Assembly (NCBI GenBank): GCA_046045995.1
Contig: JBJOKR010000003.1
Span: forward strand, 925-64,924
Length of the DNA stretch: 64,000 nucleotides
Origin: Pseudomonadota bacterium
GTDB lineage: Bacteria > Pseudomonadota > Alphaproteobacteria > Azospirillales > Azospirillaceae
Direction of reading: 5' to 3'
Shown: positions 17,312 through 26,145 of the stretch, piece by piece
How positions within the stretch are numbered: position 1 is the first letter of the stretch
Layout: every line of letters begins with the position of its first letter
Notes under the pieces: model-generated
What the model was told of the DNA's origin: nothing
The model's input: only the letters and a program-made list of their open reading frames with translations
Database searches by the model: none
Translations under genes and position numbers: made by a program

Positions 17312-18760
17312 TCAGATTGTGATCGCGCGTGTCTTGCTCGCGATCGCGACCAGGTGTTCCACAGGCGTGCTGCCTTCCATCCGCAATTGGTCCTCCAGCA
17401 CTGCCACGTGGGAGAACCCGGCCTTGGCGAGGCAGCGTTCCAGATAATCCTTGCGGTAGGCGAAGCGCCCCGTCGGCGTCAGGATGTAATCCGCGTCTTC
17501 CCGGCTGTGCTCCACGGTGAAGATCAGCAGCCCTTCATCCGACAGGATCGTTGCCGTATCGGCACAGGTTTCCTCCAGCGCGCCGAGATAAAGGAAGACA
17601 TCGGCGGCGGTGATCAGGTCGAACACCTCCCCACCCTCCCGCCGGCGCTTCACGTCCGCCTTGATGTCATCCTTCACCAGTTCGTCATACAGGCTCTTCT
17701 CCGCCGCCTCCTCCAGCATCTTGGCGGAGATATCGACGCCCACCAGCCTGTCCACGATCTCCCGCAGGACGAAAGCCATCAGCCCGGTACCGCAGCCCAG
17801 GTCAAGGCAGGCCCTGAATCGGCCGGACGGCGGCAGGTTGTGTTCGACATGGCGGGCCATGACACCGGGGCCGCGATAGACCAACCCGCCCAGCAGGTGC
17901 TTTTCGAAGCTCTCGGCATAGGAATCGAACACCCCCTCGATATAGTCGTTGGGGGCGGATTCCACATGGTCTCCCCGCATTCCGGCGGCCAGGTGGGCGA
18001 AGGTGGAATTCGTCGGGAACAGGCGCGCCGCCTCTTCCAGCATGGCTGTGACGGCATCCCGTCGGTTCAGGTGATTCAGCCAGGTGATGACCATGACGTA
18101 GAAGTTTTCATCCCGGGACCCGCGGTTGATCTCCTCCTGCGCCAGGCCTGCCGCCTCTTCCCGGCGGTCCAGCCGCCACAGCAGGCGGATGACATTGGCG
18201 CGCGCGTTGAACAGGCTGTGATCGACACTGACAATGGCCTGGAAAATCTCCAGGGCGGCATCGGTCGCGCCGAGCTTGTCCATGGCCAGGGCAAGGCGGA
18301 ACTGCGCGTCCAGGGTGGCGGTCACGTTGCCCGCCTCGAACGCCACGTCGCAGGCCATTTTCAGGTACAGGGCCGCTTGATCGTATAGCTTGGCCTCGCT
18401 CAGGGTTTCGCCCAGTTCGGTCAGGATGTCGTAATCCTTCGGCGCGGCCAGGAAAGCCTCCGACAGGTCCATGATCGCCCGCGCCGGCTCCCCGGCTTCC
18501 GTATGTTGGCGGGCCCGGCGGCGCAGCAGACCGACATCGTGGGGATGGACGGCAAGGCCGGTGTCCAGGTGAAGGCGCGCGTCCGTCGGCCGCCCTTCCG
18601 CCAACGCCAGATCGGACAGGAGGGCGCGCAGATCCGCATTGGTCCCGTCGATCTTCTCCGACAGATCCAGGCAGATCCGGGCGTACTCGTGCTTGCCCTC
18701 GGCGATCAGGCTGCGCGCCTGTTCTACAAGACGTGTGCTTTCCGGGGATTGGGTGTCCAT
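17312..18760 (-). CDS. TPR-repeat protein fused to a C-terminal SAM-dependent methyltransferase
   Basis: N-terminal roughly 250 aa are TPR-like helices. The C-terminal part has motif I CLDLGCGTGLMAF...VGVDISAKMLEEA and ...FDLITAADVFLYLG. Confidence 0.8.
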   Translation of the reverse strand: MDTQSPESTRLVEQARSLIAEGKHEYARICLDLSEKIDGTNADLRALLSDLALAEGRPTDARLHLDTGLAVHPHDVGLLRRRARQHTEAGEPARAIMDLSEAFLAAPKDYDILTELGETLSEAKLYDQAALYLKMACDVAFEAGNVTATLDAQFRLALAMDKLGATDAALEIFQAIVSVDHSLFNARANVIRLLWRLDRREEAAGLAQEEINRGSRDENFYVMVITWLNHLNRRDAVTAMLEEAARLFPTNSTFAHLAAGMRGDHVESAPNDYIEGVFDSYAESFEKHLLGGLVYRGPGVMARHVEHNLPPSGRFRACLDLGCGTGLMAFVLREIVDRLVGVDISAKMLEEAAEKSLYDELVKDDIKADVKRRREGGEVFDLITAADVFLYLGALEETCADTATILSDEGLLIFTVEHSREDADYILTPTGRFAYRKDYLERCLAKAGFSHVAVLEDQLRMEGSTPVEHLVAIASKTRAITI

Positions 18761-18789
18761 CGGGCGTCCCTTCAGAAGTGCGATCGGGT

Positions 18790-19158
18790 TCAGCGTCCGG
18801 AAAGGCCGTCGAGGACGGCGTTGTTGATGTCCAGCACGAAGCCGACATCCACGTCGGAGGTCTGGCGGCCGTTGATTTCGGACAGGACGGTCATCCCGAC
18901 ATTGGCGATCAGGTCGCGCAGCCCCTTCGGCAGGGGATTGGAGTCATTCGTCGCCTCTGCCACGAAAACGCGCCACAGCGTTTCCACCTGGCCCAGCGCT
19001 TGGGCCAGGGCCGCCATGTCGCCGGCCTGGCGGGCATCATCCAATCGGCTGGTGATCCGGCCCAGAACCTGCTGCTCGGTTTCCCGGGTGCTGGCGGGGG
19101 GTATCGGCGCCTGGCCGGGGGCCGGGTGGTGGGCCGGGTGGTGTGATGTCTGCTGCAC
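18790..19158 (-). CDS. flaF: Flagellar biosynthesis regulator FlaF (paralog 1)
   Basis: Matches the FlaF pattern through ...LWRVFVAEATNDSNPLPKGLRDLIANVGMTVLSEI...FVLDINNAVLDGLSG. Has a His/Pro-rich N-terminal extension. Confidence 0.8.
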   Translation of the reverse strand: MQQTSHHPAHHPAPGQAPIPPASTRETEQQVLGRITSRLDDARQAGDMAALAQALGQVETLWRVFVAEATNDSNPLPKGLRDLIANVGMTVLSEINGRQTSDVDVGFVLDINNAVLDGLSGR

Positions 19159-19173
19159 GACGGAACTCCTTCC

Positions 19174-21717
19174 TCACGGGGCATCCGCAAGCGGTCTGGC
19201 GGTTCGACCGGTCACGGTGTAGAGCATTGTCTCAAAATCGCGGGCGAACCGGGCATGGTCCATCAGCGGTGACGCTTCCATCCGGCGGCGCAGGTCCGCG
19301 CGGAGGCGTGCCAGACCCTGCACGTCGCGTGCCAGATCGACGGCCCGAGCGACATAGGCATCCACCCCGGCACAGACGAGATCGCCCAGACCCGAATGGG
19401 TCAGGTGGGAGGCGGAATGCCGGCTGGCGAATGTTTCCCCCGGGGCGGTCACAACGGGAACGCCCATGTGCAGCGCCTCACAGGTCGTCAGGCCGCCGCC
19501 ATAGGGGAAGGGGTCCAGCCCGATGTCGATCCGGCCATAGGTCTGTAGAACCACCCGGTGCGGCCGGGTTCCGATGAATTCGACCCGGGCCGGATCAATG
19601 CCGCGCCGGGCGAAGCGGCTTTTCAGATCGTCCACCAGGATAGTGGAATTGTACTGTTGGGACAGCAGGACCAGACGCGCGCCGGGACAGGCCGACAGGA
19701 TGCGCGACCAGGCATCCAGCAGCGGACCGTTCACCTTGGCATAGTTGTTCAGGCAACCGAAGGTGACGTGGCCGTTTGCCAGGGCAGGCAATTCCTGCAC
19801 GGGCGGGGCATAGCTTGCCGGGTAGAAGGTGACGTAGTCATTGGGCAGGCGGTAGATCGCCTGTTCGACGAAATCGGCCTCCGCCCCCGGCGGGCTTTCG
19901 ATCCAGTCGCTGATGACATGATCGAACTGGCGCACGCCCGTGGTGCCGCACAGTCCGCCGACCCATTTCATCTGGACCGGGGCCACCCGGGCGAAGGGAA
20001 GCGCCAGCCGCGCCCCCTGGAAGCAGCCCGCCATGTCGATGAAGACATCCATTCCCAAGGCCCGGGCCCGGCCGACGGCGACAGCATCCGTGAGCGTGGT
20101 CAAGTCCACCCATTCATCGCAATGGGCCAGGAACACATCCGTCGTGCGGTCCCGTTCGGTGCCGCTATCCAGCAGGATGACCCTGAACCGGCGCCGGTCG
20201 ATGTTTTCGATCAGACCGCGGCTGAAATGCCCGACCGGATGATTGCGGAATCCGCCGGACATGAAGCCCACGGTCAGGCGCCCGTCGCGGGTGACCGGGG
20301 TTGCCGGGGCGGACCAGGCCGGCAGGCTGTCGGCGTAGCGCGCCTCTCCCTGGAGGGCAAGGGACTCGGCAACATCCCGGATCTCCCGGGCGGTGGCGCG
20401 GGGATCGTAATGGAGGCCGAGCAACAGGGTCGATTGGATACCCATCTCCCCCGGGAAGCGGCGGACGCCTTCCCGCAGCAGGTCGACGGCCCGCTCCTGT
20501 TCTCCGGTTTCATACAGGGAGGTGCCGAGACCCTGCCAGACCTCCGGGATGTGGGGAACCGATTCCATCGCCCAGTCCAGGAACTGGCGGGCCGCCATGG
20601 TGTCCCCGCCCTGGCGCATCAAGGCCGCGATGGCTGTGAGGATCGCCTTGTTTCCCGGATTCTCCGTGAACGCCAGTTGGAAGGCGTGGATCGCCTCCAT
20701 CGCGAAATAGGCATTGTAGAAGCGATGTCCCAGCAGACCGTAATAGGCTTCCCGATCCGTGATCCGGGGAAGATCGGCCTCCACAACGGCCCAGAGGGAC
20801 TCCCGCCCTGCATGGTAGCGGTGCATCAGATGGGCGGCGGCGATATCGTTGATATCGCCCTTGAGGTCGAATCCGGTGCGGAAGGCGGCCTCCGCCGCTT
20901 GATATTGCTTGTCCTGGGCCAGCAGTTCCCCCAACTGTCGGTGGAGCCGGTGGTCGTCGGGGGCGATGGTCAGGGCATGGCGCATGCGGGCGGTCCCGCC
21001 AGCATAATCCTGCTCGGTGTAGTCAAGGGAGGCCAGGACCGACAGCGCCTTGGTATCATCGGGATCACGCGACAGCACGATGTCGAGGCGGGTACGGGCC
21101 GTCTTCAGATCCAGGGAACGGATGTCCAGGAACACCAGGTTCAGCAGAGCCTGGTTGCCGACCGGGTCGGCGTCGACGGCCAATTCGGTCAGGATCGAGC
21201 GTGCCGTTTCGCCATCGCCATTGGCAATCATGGCAAGGGCCAGGTTCAGCGACGCTTCCTTGTCTGCGAGCCCCAGTTCCAGGGCCCGCCGGAATGCGGC
21301 CATGGCATCGGCCGGGTGGCCGGTCTGGAACAACGCCATCGCCCAGTCATGTTGGACAAGGGCATTATCGGGTGCCATCCGTCGGGCCAGATCCAGATAG
21401 GCCTGGGCGGTGGCGTGGGCCCCGCGGTCAAGGGCCACCCCGGCCGCGCCGCGGAGCTGATCGATCAGATCCGCCGCGGGAGGCCCGCTTCCGAGAAGCG
21501 CATCGAAGGCCCCGATAATCCATAGATCGCCGAGTCGGGTCCGGAGCCGATCCCGGAACGACGCCGCTGCCGCAGGGTCCAGGTCATGGAAGTCCAGGAA
21601 CTGCCGAACGACCTGGCCGATGCGTTCCGTTGGCTGTGTCGGGTCGTGCGGTGCCAACCTGGTTTCCCCTTCGAACGGTGGAGCCCCGTCCTGACCGGAG
21701 CAGCCACAGCATAGCAA
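19174..21717 (-). CDS. TPR-repeat / GT41 (SPINDLY, O-GlcNAc-transferase-like) glycosyltransferase; FlmG-like candidate flagellin glycosyltransferase
   Basis: N-terminal roughly 450 aa are TPRs. The C-terminal part has GT41 hallmarks: LTVGFMSGGFRNHPVGHF, VTFGCLNNYAKV, GLDPFPYGGGLTTCEALHMGVPVVT. It sits between flaF and the flagellin gene. Confidence 0.85.
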   Translation of the reverse strand: MLCCGCSGQDGAPPFEGETRLAPHDPTQPTERIGQVVRQFLDFHDLDPAAAASFRDRLRTRLGDLWIIGAFDALLGSGPPAADLIDQLRGAAGVALDRGAHATAQAYLDLARRMAPDNALVQHDWAMALFQTGHPADAMAAFRRALELGLADKEASLNLALAMIANGDGETARSILTELAVDADPVGNQALLNLVFLDIRSLDLKTARTRLDIVLSRDPDDTKALSVLASLDYTEQDYAGGTARMRHALTIAPDDHRLHRQLGELLAQDKQYQAAEAAFRTGFDLKGDINDIAAAHLMHRYHAGRESLWAVVEADLPRITDREAYYGLLGHRFYNAYFAMEAIHAFQLAFTENPGNKAILTAIAALMRQGGDTMAARQFLDWAMESVPHIPEVWQGLGTSLYETGEQERAVDLLREGVRRFPGEMGIQSTLLLGLHYDPRATAREIRDVAESLALQGEARYADSLPAWSAPATPVTRDGRLTVGFMSGGFRNHPVGHFSRGLIENIDRRRFRVILLDSGTERDRTTDVFLAHCDEWVDLTTLTDAVAVGRARALGMDVFIDMAGCFQGARLALPFARVAPVQMKWVGGLCGTTGVRQFDHVISDWIESPPGAEADFVEQAIYRLPNDYVTFYPASYAPPVQELPALANGHVTFGCLNNYAKVNGPLLDAWSRILSACPGARLVLLSQQYNSTILVDDLKSRFARRGIDPARVEFIGTRPHRVVLQTYGRIDIGLDPFPYGGGLTTCEALHMGVPVVTAPGETFASRHSASHLTHSGLGDLVCAGVDAYVARAVDLARDVQGLARLRADLRRRMEASPLMDHARFARDFETMLYTVTGRTARPLADAP

Positions 21718-21959
21718 GCTGACCCGGGAGGGTTAATGTTTTGTTGGCATCGCCACGGATGCGGTGGAAAGGACGGGCCGGATCCGATGGGCCGAGCGCC
21801 TTGGTACAGGGGTTGCTCCCCGATAGCAGCAAGGACAAGGGATCGCAAACTCTGGATGCCGGGTCACGCCGAACTTCCGCCCCGCATACTGGATTGCAAT
21901 CTGTCGGTCGTCGATGTGCGGGGTTGTGACCAGCGATGCTGCAATGTGGAAGCGTGGAA

Positions 21960-21990
21960 ACGAAAAAGGGGAGCCGAAGCTCCCCTTTTC
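21960..21990 (-). terminator. Rho-independent terminator of the flagellin gene
   Basis: On the minus strand: GGGGAGC-TTCG-GCTCCCC followed by TTTTTCGTTT, about 25 nt after the flagellin stop codon. Confidence 0.75.
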
Positions 21991-22012
21991 CAACAATCGA
22001 GGGTTACTGGGC

Positions 22013-22834
22013 TTACCGGAACAGACCCAGCAGGATCTGCGGCGCCTGGTTGGCGATACCCAGGGTCTGGGTGCCAAGCTGCTGGCGGATCTGCAGGGAC
22101 TGCAGACGGGCGCTTTCCTTGGCCAGGTCGGCGTCGACGATGGTGCCCAGAGCTTCTTCGGACGCCTTCTGGAGGGAGGAGTTGAAGTTGATCTGGTTGG
22201 TCAGGCGGCGCATGTCGCCGCCCAGGCTGTTCAGGGCGGTGGACGTGGCGGCATTGCCCTTCACCCAGGCGCCGGTGGCGGTCAGGGCGTTGGACGCATC
22301 GGTCGCAGTGGCGACGGCCGCAAGCGCCGTGGTGGCGGCGTTCAGGGTCGCGGACGCGATGCTGTACAGCTCGCCATTGATGTTGGAGATGACCTTCTTG
22401 GTGGCGGCCGTGGCGCAGAGCAGGTTCGTCTCGTTGAAGGTCGCCGCCTTGATGAAGTTCTTCACCTCACCCAGCAGACGCGACAGGTCCGAGTTGTACT
22501 GTTCGCGCTGAGCCGTCGTCAGGTTCGCGTCGGCGAGCTTGGTCAGGACCTCACGGCCCTTGGCCAGCGTATCCGAAACCTTCGTTGCGCCTTCGAGAGC
22601 GACGCCCACCACACCCTTGGCGACGCCGAGCTGCTGGTTCACGGCGCCATAGGCACCGATCTCGCTGCGCAGGGTCTGGGCAACGGCAAAGGCCGCGCCG
22701 TCGTCGACCGCGTCATTCACCCGGTTACCGGTCGTGACGCGCTTCTGGACGGTCTGCAGAGCTTCATTGGTGCGGTTCAGGCTCTGGAGTGCGACCAGGG
22801 CGCCTGCATTGGTGTTTACCGAATTCATGACCAT
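22013..22834 (-). CDS. Flagellin (short, 273 aa, Caulobacter-type)
   Basis: GGGAGA RBS lies 8 nt before the ATG. N-terminus MVMNSVNTNAGALVALQSLNRTNEALQTVQKRVTTG and C-terminus SLQIRQQLGTQTLGIANQAPQILLGLFR are canonical. The central region is Ala/Thr/Ser-rich and holds one Cys. Confidence 0.93.
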   Translation of the reverse strand: MVMNSVNTNAGALVALQSLNRTNEALQTVQKRVTTGNRVNDAVDDGAAFAVAQTLRSEIGAYGAVNQQLGVAKGVVGVALEGATKVSDTLAKGREVLTKLADANLTTAQREQYNSDLSRLLGEVKNFIKAATFNETNLLCATAATKKVISNINGELYSIASATLNAATTALAAVATATDASNALTATGAWVKGNAATSTALNSLGGDMRRLTNQINFNSSLQKASEEALGTIVDADLAKESARLQSLQIRQQLGTQTLGIANQAPQILLGLFR

Positions 22835-22958
22835 TTTGGTGATCTCCCTCTTTTAGGAAGTAAACGATACCCTATCGCTTACATCAGATTGACAAAAGGT
22901 GCAACGCCTTTTTAACGCGTTCGCGGCCCTTGTTGCGTCCGGTGCCCGTCGCCCGATT

Positions 22959-23363
22959 TCAGGCGGAGACACCGGCAGCCGGCGGGCGCTGGGATGATGG
23001 GGGTGTCGGGGACGGTGCTGCCCGTTCAGACAGGCCGGCGATGATGTTGCGGTTGATCTCCACCAGGAAGGGGACATCCGGATCGATCGTGTTGTCCGTC
23101 ATTTCCCTGATAACAGACATGCCGACCGATGCAATGGCGGAGCGGAGATCCTGGGGAAGGCGGTTGCCCTTGGAAAGCACGTCGCTGACGAAAACGGTCC
23201 AGAGGCTGTGATTGTCCGTCACCGCCTTGATCAGGGCGATCCGGTCGCCCGCTTCCGCCGCAACCTCCATCGACCGGGTGATCCGCAGCAGGATATCGCG
23301 TTCGATGGCACGGGGGTCGGCTGCCGCCGCGGTTTCCTGGGCTTTCCGATATGGATTCTGCAT
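22959..23363 (-). CDS. flaF: Flagellar biosynthesis regulator FlaF (paralog 2)
   Basis: From ATG 23363: MQNPYRKAQETAAAADPRAIERDILLRITRSME...LWTVFVSDVLSKGNRLPQDLRSAIASVGMSVIREM...LVEINRNIIAGLS. This closely parallels Caulobacter FlaF. Confidence 0.82.
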   Translation of the reverse strand: MQNPYRKAQETAAAADPRAIERDILLRITRSMEVAAEAGDRIALIKAVTDNHSLWTVFVSDVLSKGNRLPQDLRSAIASVGMSVIREMTDNTIDPDVPFLVEINRNIIAGLSERAAPSPTPPSSQRPPAAGVSA

Positions 23364-23470
23364 CACCGATCTCCTGAACGGACAACCTGAGCCGGGGCGA
23401 TGCCGTGGGGCATGGCCCATGCCGTTCGTTCCGTCGAACTTACCCTCTCTGTGTACGTTGGTCAGCGCTG

Positions 23471-24475
23471 TCAGGCAATCAAAGAAACATTGAAACCGGA
23501 CTCGGTCCGGATGGAAAGTGAACTGGCCCCCTGCGTCAGGTTGAGAAGGCTCTGGGCTGTGACGTATTGACCGGCCGCGCTGTTGAACTTGAGATTGAAG
23601 TTATTGAGGCGGAAGGAGTTTCCATCTCCCGTCAACAGCATGAAGCGGTTGAAGTTCGACCGGTTCGCCGGATCCGACGTGGCATAGTTGACGTCGTCGT
23701 TGAGGACTGCCCGATCACCGAACTGAGCCGTTGATTGAATGCTGAAGAACGGGTTGGAGGCCGGCGTCGTCTCATCCCCCCCGAATCCGTCCAGATCCAG
23801 GGCATTGTTGAAGCCGAACAGCTCGCTCTCATCGTCGATGCGGCCGTTGTCGTTCGCATCATAGCCGAGAAGACCCTGGGATCCGCCGAACAGCTTCGTG
23901 ATCTCCAACTGCTGGTCGCGCACCTCGTTCTCGAAGGCGTCATACATGGCGCGGGTCGCGGTGCCGGTCGGGGTGAATGTCCCATCCCCCGCGACGCTGC
24001 CGTAGGGATTGGCGATCCGACCCTCCTGCCCTACCCGGGGGAAGGCGATGTCGACGAAAATGGCGCCGCGCGTATCCGCGGTCACTTCCGGCCCTTCCGG
24101 GCGCTGGGTCAACTGGCTGTCCAGGGTGTCCAGATCTTTCCAAATCGACTGGAATGCCTGCAGGGTCTGGGCCGTCGGCACGGCGGAGTAATAGTCCAGC
24201 CGCCCTTCGAACGCGTTGGACGGCAGGGTGGCGGCCTGCGCGCCGCCGCGGGAGGCGAAGGTGCTGGCTTTCGGCGGCGTTGTGGTGCCTGAGCCTGTGC
24301 CGGTGTTGCCGGTCCCGGTCGTGCCGCCCGTGCCCGTGGCGGATGAGGCGGGAGGGTTCTTGAGGATGTCATCCCTGGCGGTCGTGGTCAGCGTTTCCCA
24401 CGCCGTCTGCCGATTGAGATCGGTGACGTTGGTGTTGCGCAGGAAGAAGGACGGCATTGCCGGAATTGACGACAT
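23471..24475 (-). CDS. Uncharacterised Asn/Thr/Gly-rich protein in the flagellar operon
   Basis: 334 aa with no Cys and no signal peptide. Has a Thr/Gly tract (TGTGGTTGTGNTGTGSGTTT) and an EF-hand/dockerin-like loop DANDNGRIDDESE. The DNA is visibly lower in GC than the neighbours. Same strand as DUF1217, flaF and flagellin. Confidence 0.6.
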   Translation of the reverse strand: MSSIPAMPSFFLRNTNVTDLNRQTAWETLTTTARDDILKNPPASSATGTGGTTGTGNTGTGSGTTTPPKASTFASRGGAQAATLPSNAFEGRLDYYSAVPTAQTLQAFQSIWKDLDTLDSQLTQRPEGPEVTADTRGAIFVDIAFPRVGQEGRIANPYGSVAGDGTFTPTGTATRAMYDAFENEVRDQQLEITKLFGGSQGLLGYDANDNGRIDDESELFGFNNALDLDGFGGDETTPASNPFFSIQSTAQFGDRAVLNDDVNYATSDPANRSNFNRFMLLTGDGNSFRLNNFNLKFNSAAGQYVTAQSLLNLTQGASSLSIRTESGFNVSLIA

Positions 24476-24620
24476 GGCGCACCTCGTTTTTCACCTTTGG
24501 CGTGCCCGGCCCCGGATTATGTTGGGGTTCTGGCACATCCGGCCCCGTGCCCTTTTGGCTGGAGCCGCCGTTCAGACGACATGGTGGGGGAACCATCCCC
24601 CCGCGGACGGATACTGTCAC

Positions 24621-25424
24621 TCAAACAACGATGTTCACGCGGTTGCTGCCCAGGGCATTGATGGTTCCGAACAGATCGTTCACCCCACCACCGCCACCGA
24701 ACAGGGCCAGGGTCGGCGACGACGCCGCGCCGCTTGCGGCCCGCGCCTCCTGATCGGCGACGTTCAGATAGCGCTGGATGAACTTCTCCGTGAAGGCCTT
24801 GTCCTTGAACTTCGACAGGTCGACCCGGGAGGAGATGGCGCGCGCCTGCGTTTCCACCGACTGCACCGCCAGCTGATCGGGCAGGCCCAGGGTCTTGGTG
24901 ATGACACTGCGCAGCAGCCCGTCGCCCAGGATCTTGAACGGGTCTTCGGCCGCTTCGGCGATGTTCTTGGCGAAATAGCGCGCCCGGGTCACTTCCGAGA
25001 CGTTCTGGGACAGGGATTTTTCCGACTGGGTGGCAACATAGCTGTCGATGGTTTCCCGAATGATCTTCGGATCCTTCAGCTTGCCGACACCCTTGCTCAA
25101 TTCGAAAAAGGCGGAGGCTCCGTAGAGCTGCCCCTTGTTCATCTGCTTGGCGACATTGTTGTCATCGGCAGGCTGCGTCAGCGCGCGCCTGACCAGACCG
25201 ACCTGGTTCAGCTCGGACGCGTTGCCGGTCGCTTCCATCATGAAATTGAGGAGGCGGCGATCACGGAAAACGTCATCTACGGTCTGGACGCGCGCCACCC
25301 GCGTTTCGAAATCTTCGACCGCGCGACGGATGCTCGCGTTGCTGCGGGTCCGTTCGAGGTTGGACGATTCCGATTTTTCGGCCATCCGGTAGACGACCGA
25401 GGGCGGCAAGCTCCCGATCGACAT
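24621..25424 (-). CDS. DUF1217 domain protein (flagellar-associated in Alphaproteobacteria)
   Basis: Start at ATG 25424 (MSIGSLPP). The segment VQTVDDVFRDRRLLNFMMEATG...VRRALT and the second repeat ...LLRSVITKTLGLPDQL resemble DUF1217 repeats. Confidence 0.55.
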   Translation of the reverse strand: MSIGSLPPSVVYRMAEKSESSNLERTRSNASIRRAVEDFETRVARVQTVDDVFRDRRLLNFMMEATGNASELNQVGLVRRALTQPADDNNVAKQMNKGQLYGASAFFELSKGVGKLKDPKIIRETIDSYVATQSEKSLSQNVSEVTRARYFAKNIAEAAEDPFKILGDGLLRSVITKTLGLPDQLAVQSVETQARAISSRVDLSKFKDKAFTEKFIQRYLNVADQEARAASGAASSPTLALFGGGGGVNDLFGTINALGSNRVNIVV

Positions 25425-25560
25425 GGGTCTCTCCTGTCCAAGCGATTTTCGCAGGCTCCAAACGCACAATCGCATCGACAATCGATGGTGTCAAGGCGCG
25501 GGGCTCTGCGATTCGCGCAGGTCTATGAGCCCCGCACCCGCCCCCCAGGGGAGATCGGGC

Positions 25561-25857
25561 CTATTCCGCCGTCTGCTGCATCGGGTCGAAGCGGCCGCGG
25601 ACAGCGGCCTCCGCCTGCACCCAATGGTCATGATCGCGGCCATGGGGCTGGCCTTCGTTCAACCAGATGAGATAGGCCTCCGTCCGGATCTGCTCCAGCA
25701 GGCCGGCATCCAGGCCCATCGGGGTCGGGGCGGTGTCCACGCTTGCAGCCGCCTTGCGTGCGGACGCACGGCGCGCGGGGGCCTTGACTGGCGTTTCGCC
25801 GGCGTCGGCGGGGGTGGCAGCGGTCTTGGACTTGGGCGACTTCGCGGGCATGTGCAT
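25561..25857 (-). CDS. DUF2934 domain protein
   Basis: Start at ATG 25857 (MHMPAKSPK...). C-terminal motif IRTEAYLIWLNEGQPHGRDHDHWVQAE is the DUF2934 signature. Confidence 0.6.
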   Translation of the reverse strand: MHMPAKSPKSKTAATPADAGETPVKAPARRASARKAAASVDTAPTPMGLDAGLLEQIRTEAYLIWLNEGQPHGRDHDHWVQAEAAVRGRFDPMQQTAE

Positions 25858-26145
25858 CTCCCTTCGGGATGGCCCCCGCGCGGGGGCTTGTGGTGCAGAC
25901 TGCCATCGCGGATCACGCCCCGCGACGCATTGACGCTGGTCAATTACCACTCTCGGCGGCGTTGCGGCAGACGCCCCGGCACACGGCAGCATCGCAGTGC
26001 AGCAAACCGGGAGTGTCATATTTCTTGCAAGTGAAATTACCATGACGCTGGGGAGAATCCGGTAATCCTGCTACATCGCCCGGCACCGCCCGGATCATGC
26101 TAGGCTTGCTCTCCCGCCTTCCTGCCTCCCGCCCCGCGCCGCCCG

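Noticed and set aside
19558-21525. 655-aa plus-strand ORF opposite the TPR-GT41 gene
   Set aside because: It is an antisense shadow. The GT41 frame carries strong family motifs and this frame does not.
22835-22958. sigma54, sigma28 or sigma70 promoter for the flagellin gene
   Set aside because: I found no GG-N10-GC element with correct spacing. GCGATAGG and TTGTCA are only weak partial matches to the sigma28 -10 and sigma70 -35 consensus, with poor spacing. The promoter remains undefined.
23409-23423. Possible sigma54 promoter upstream of flaF paralog 2 (GGCATGGGCCATGC on the minus strand)
   Set aside because: The GG-N10-GC spacing fits, but the sequence is itself a palindrome that matches on both strands, and the -12 region is ATGC rather than TTGC. 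This is too ambiguous to call without transcription-start data.
24216-25670. 484-aa plus-strand ORF across the DUF1217 region
   Set aside because: It is antisense to the unknown flagellar ORF and the DUF1217 gene, and its sequence is Arg/Gly/Pro-rich.
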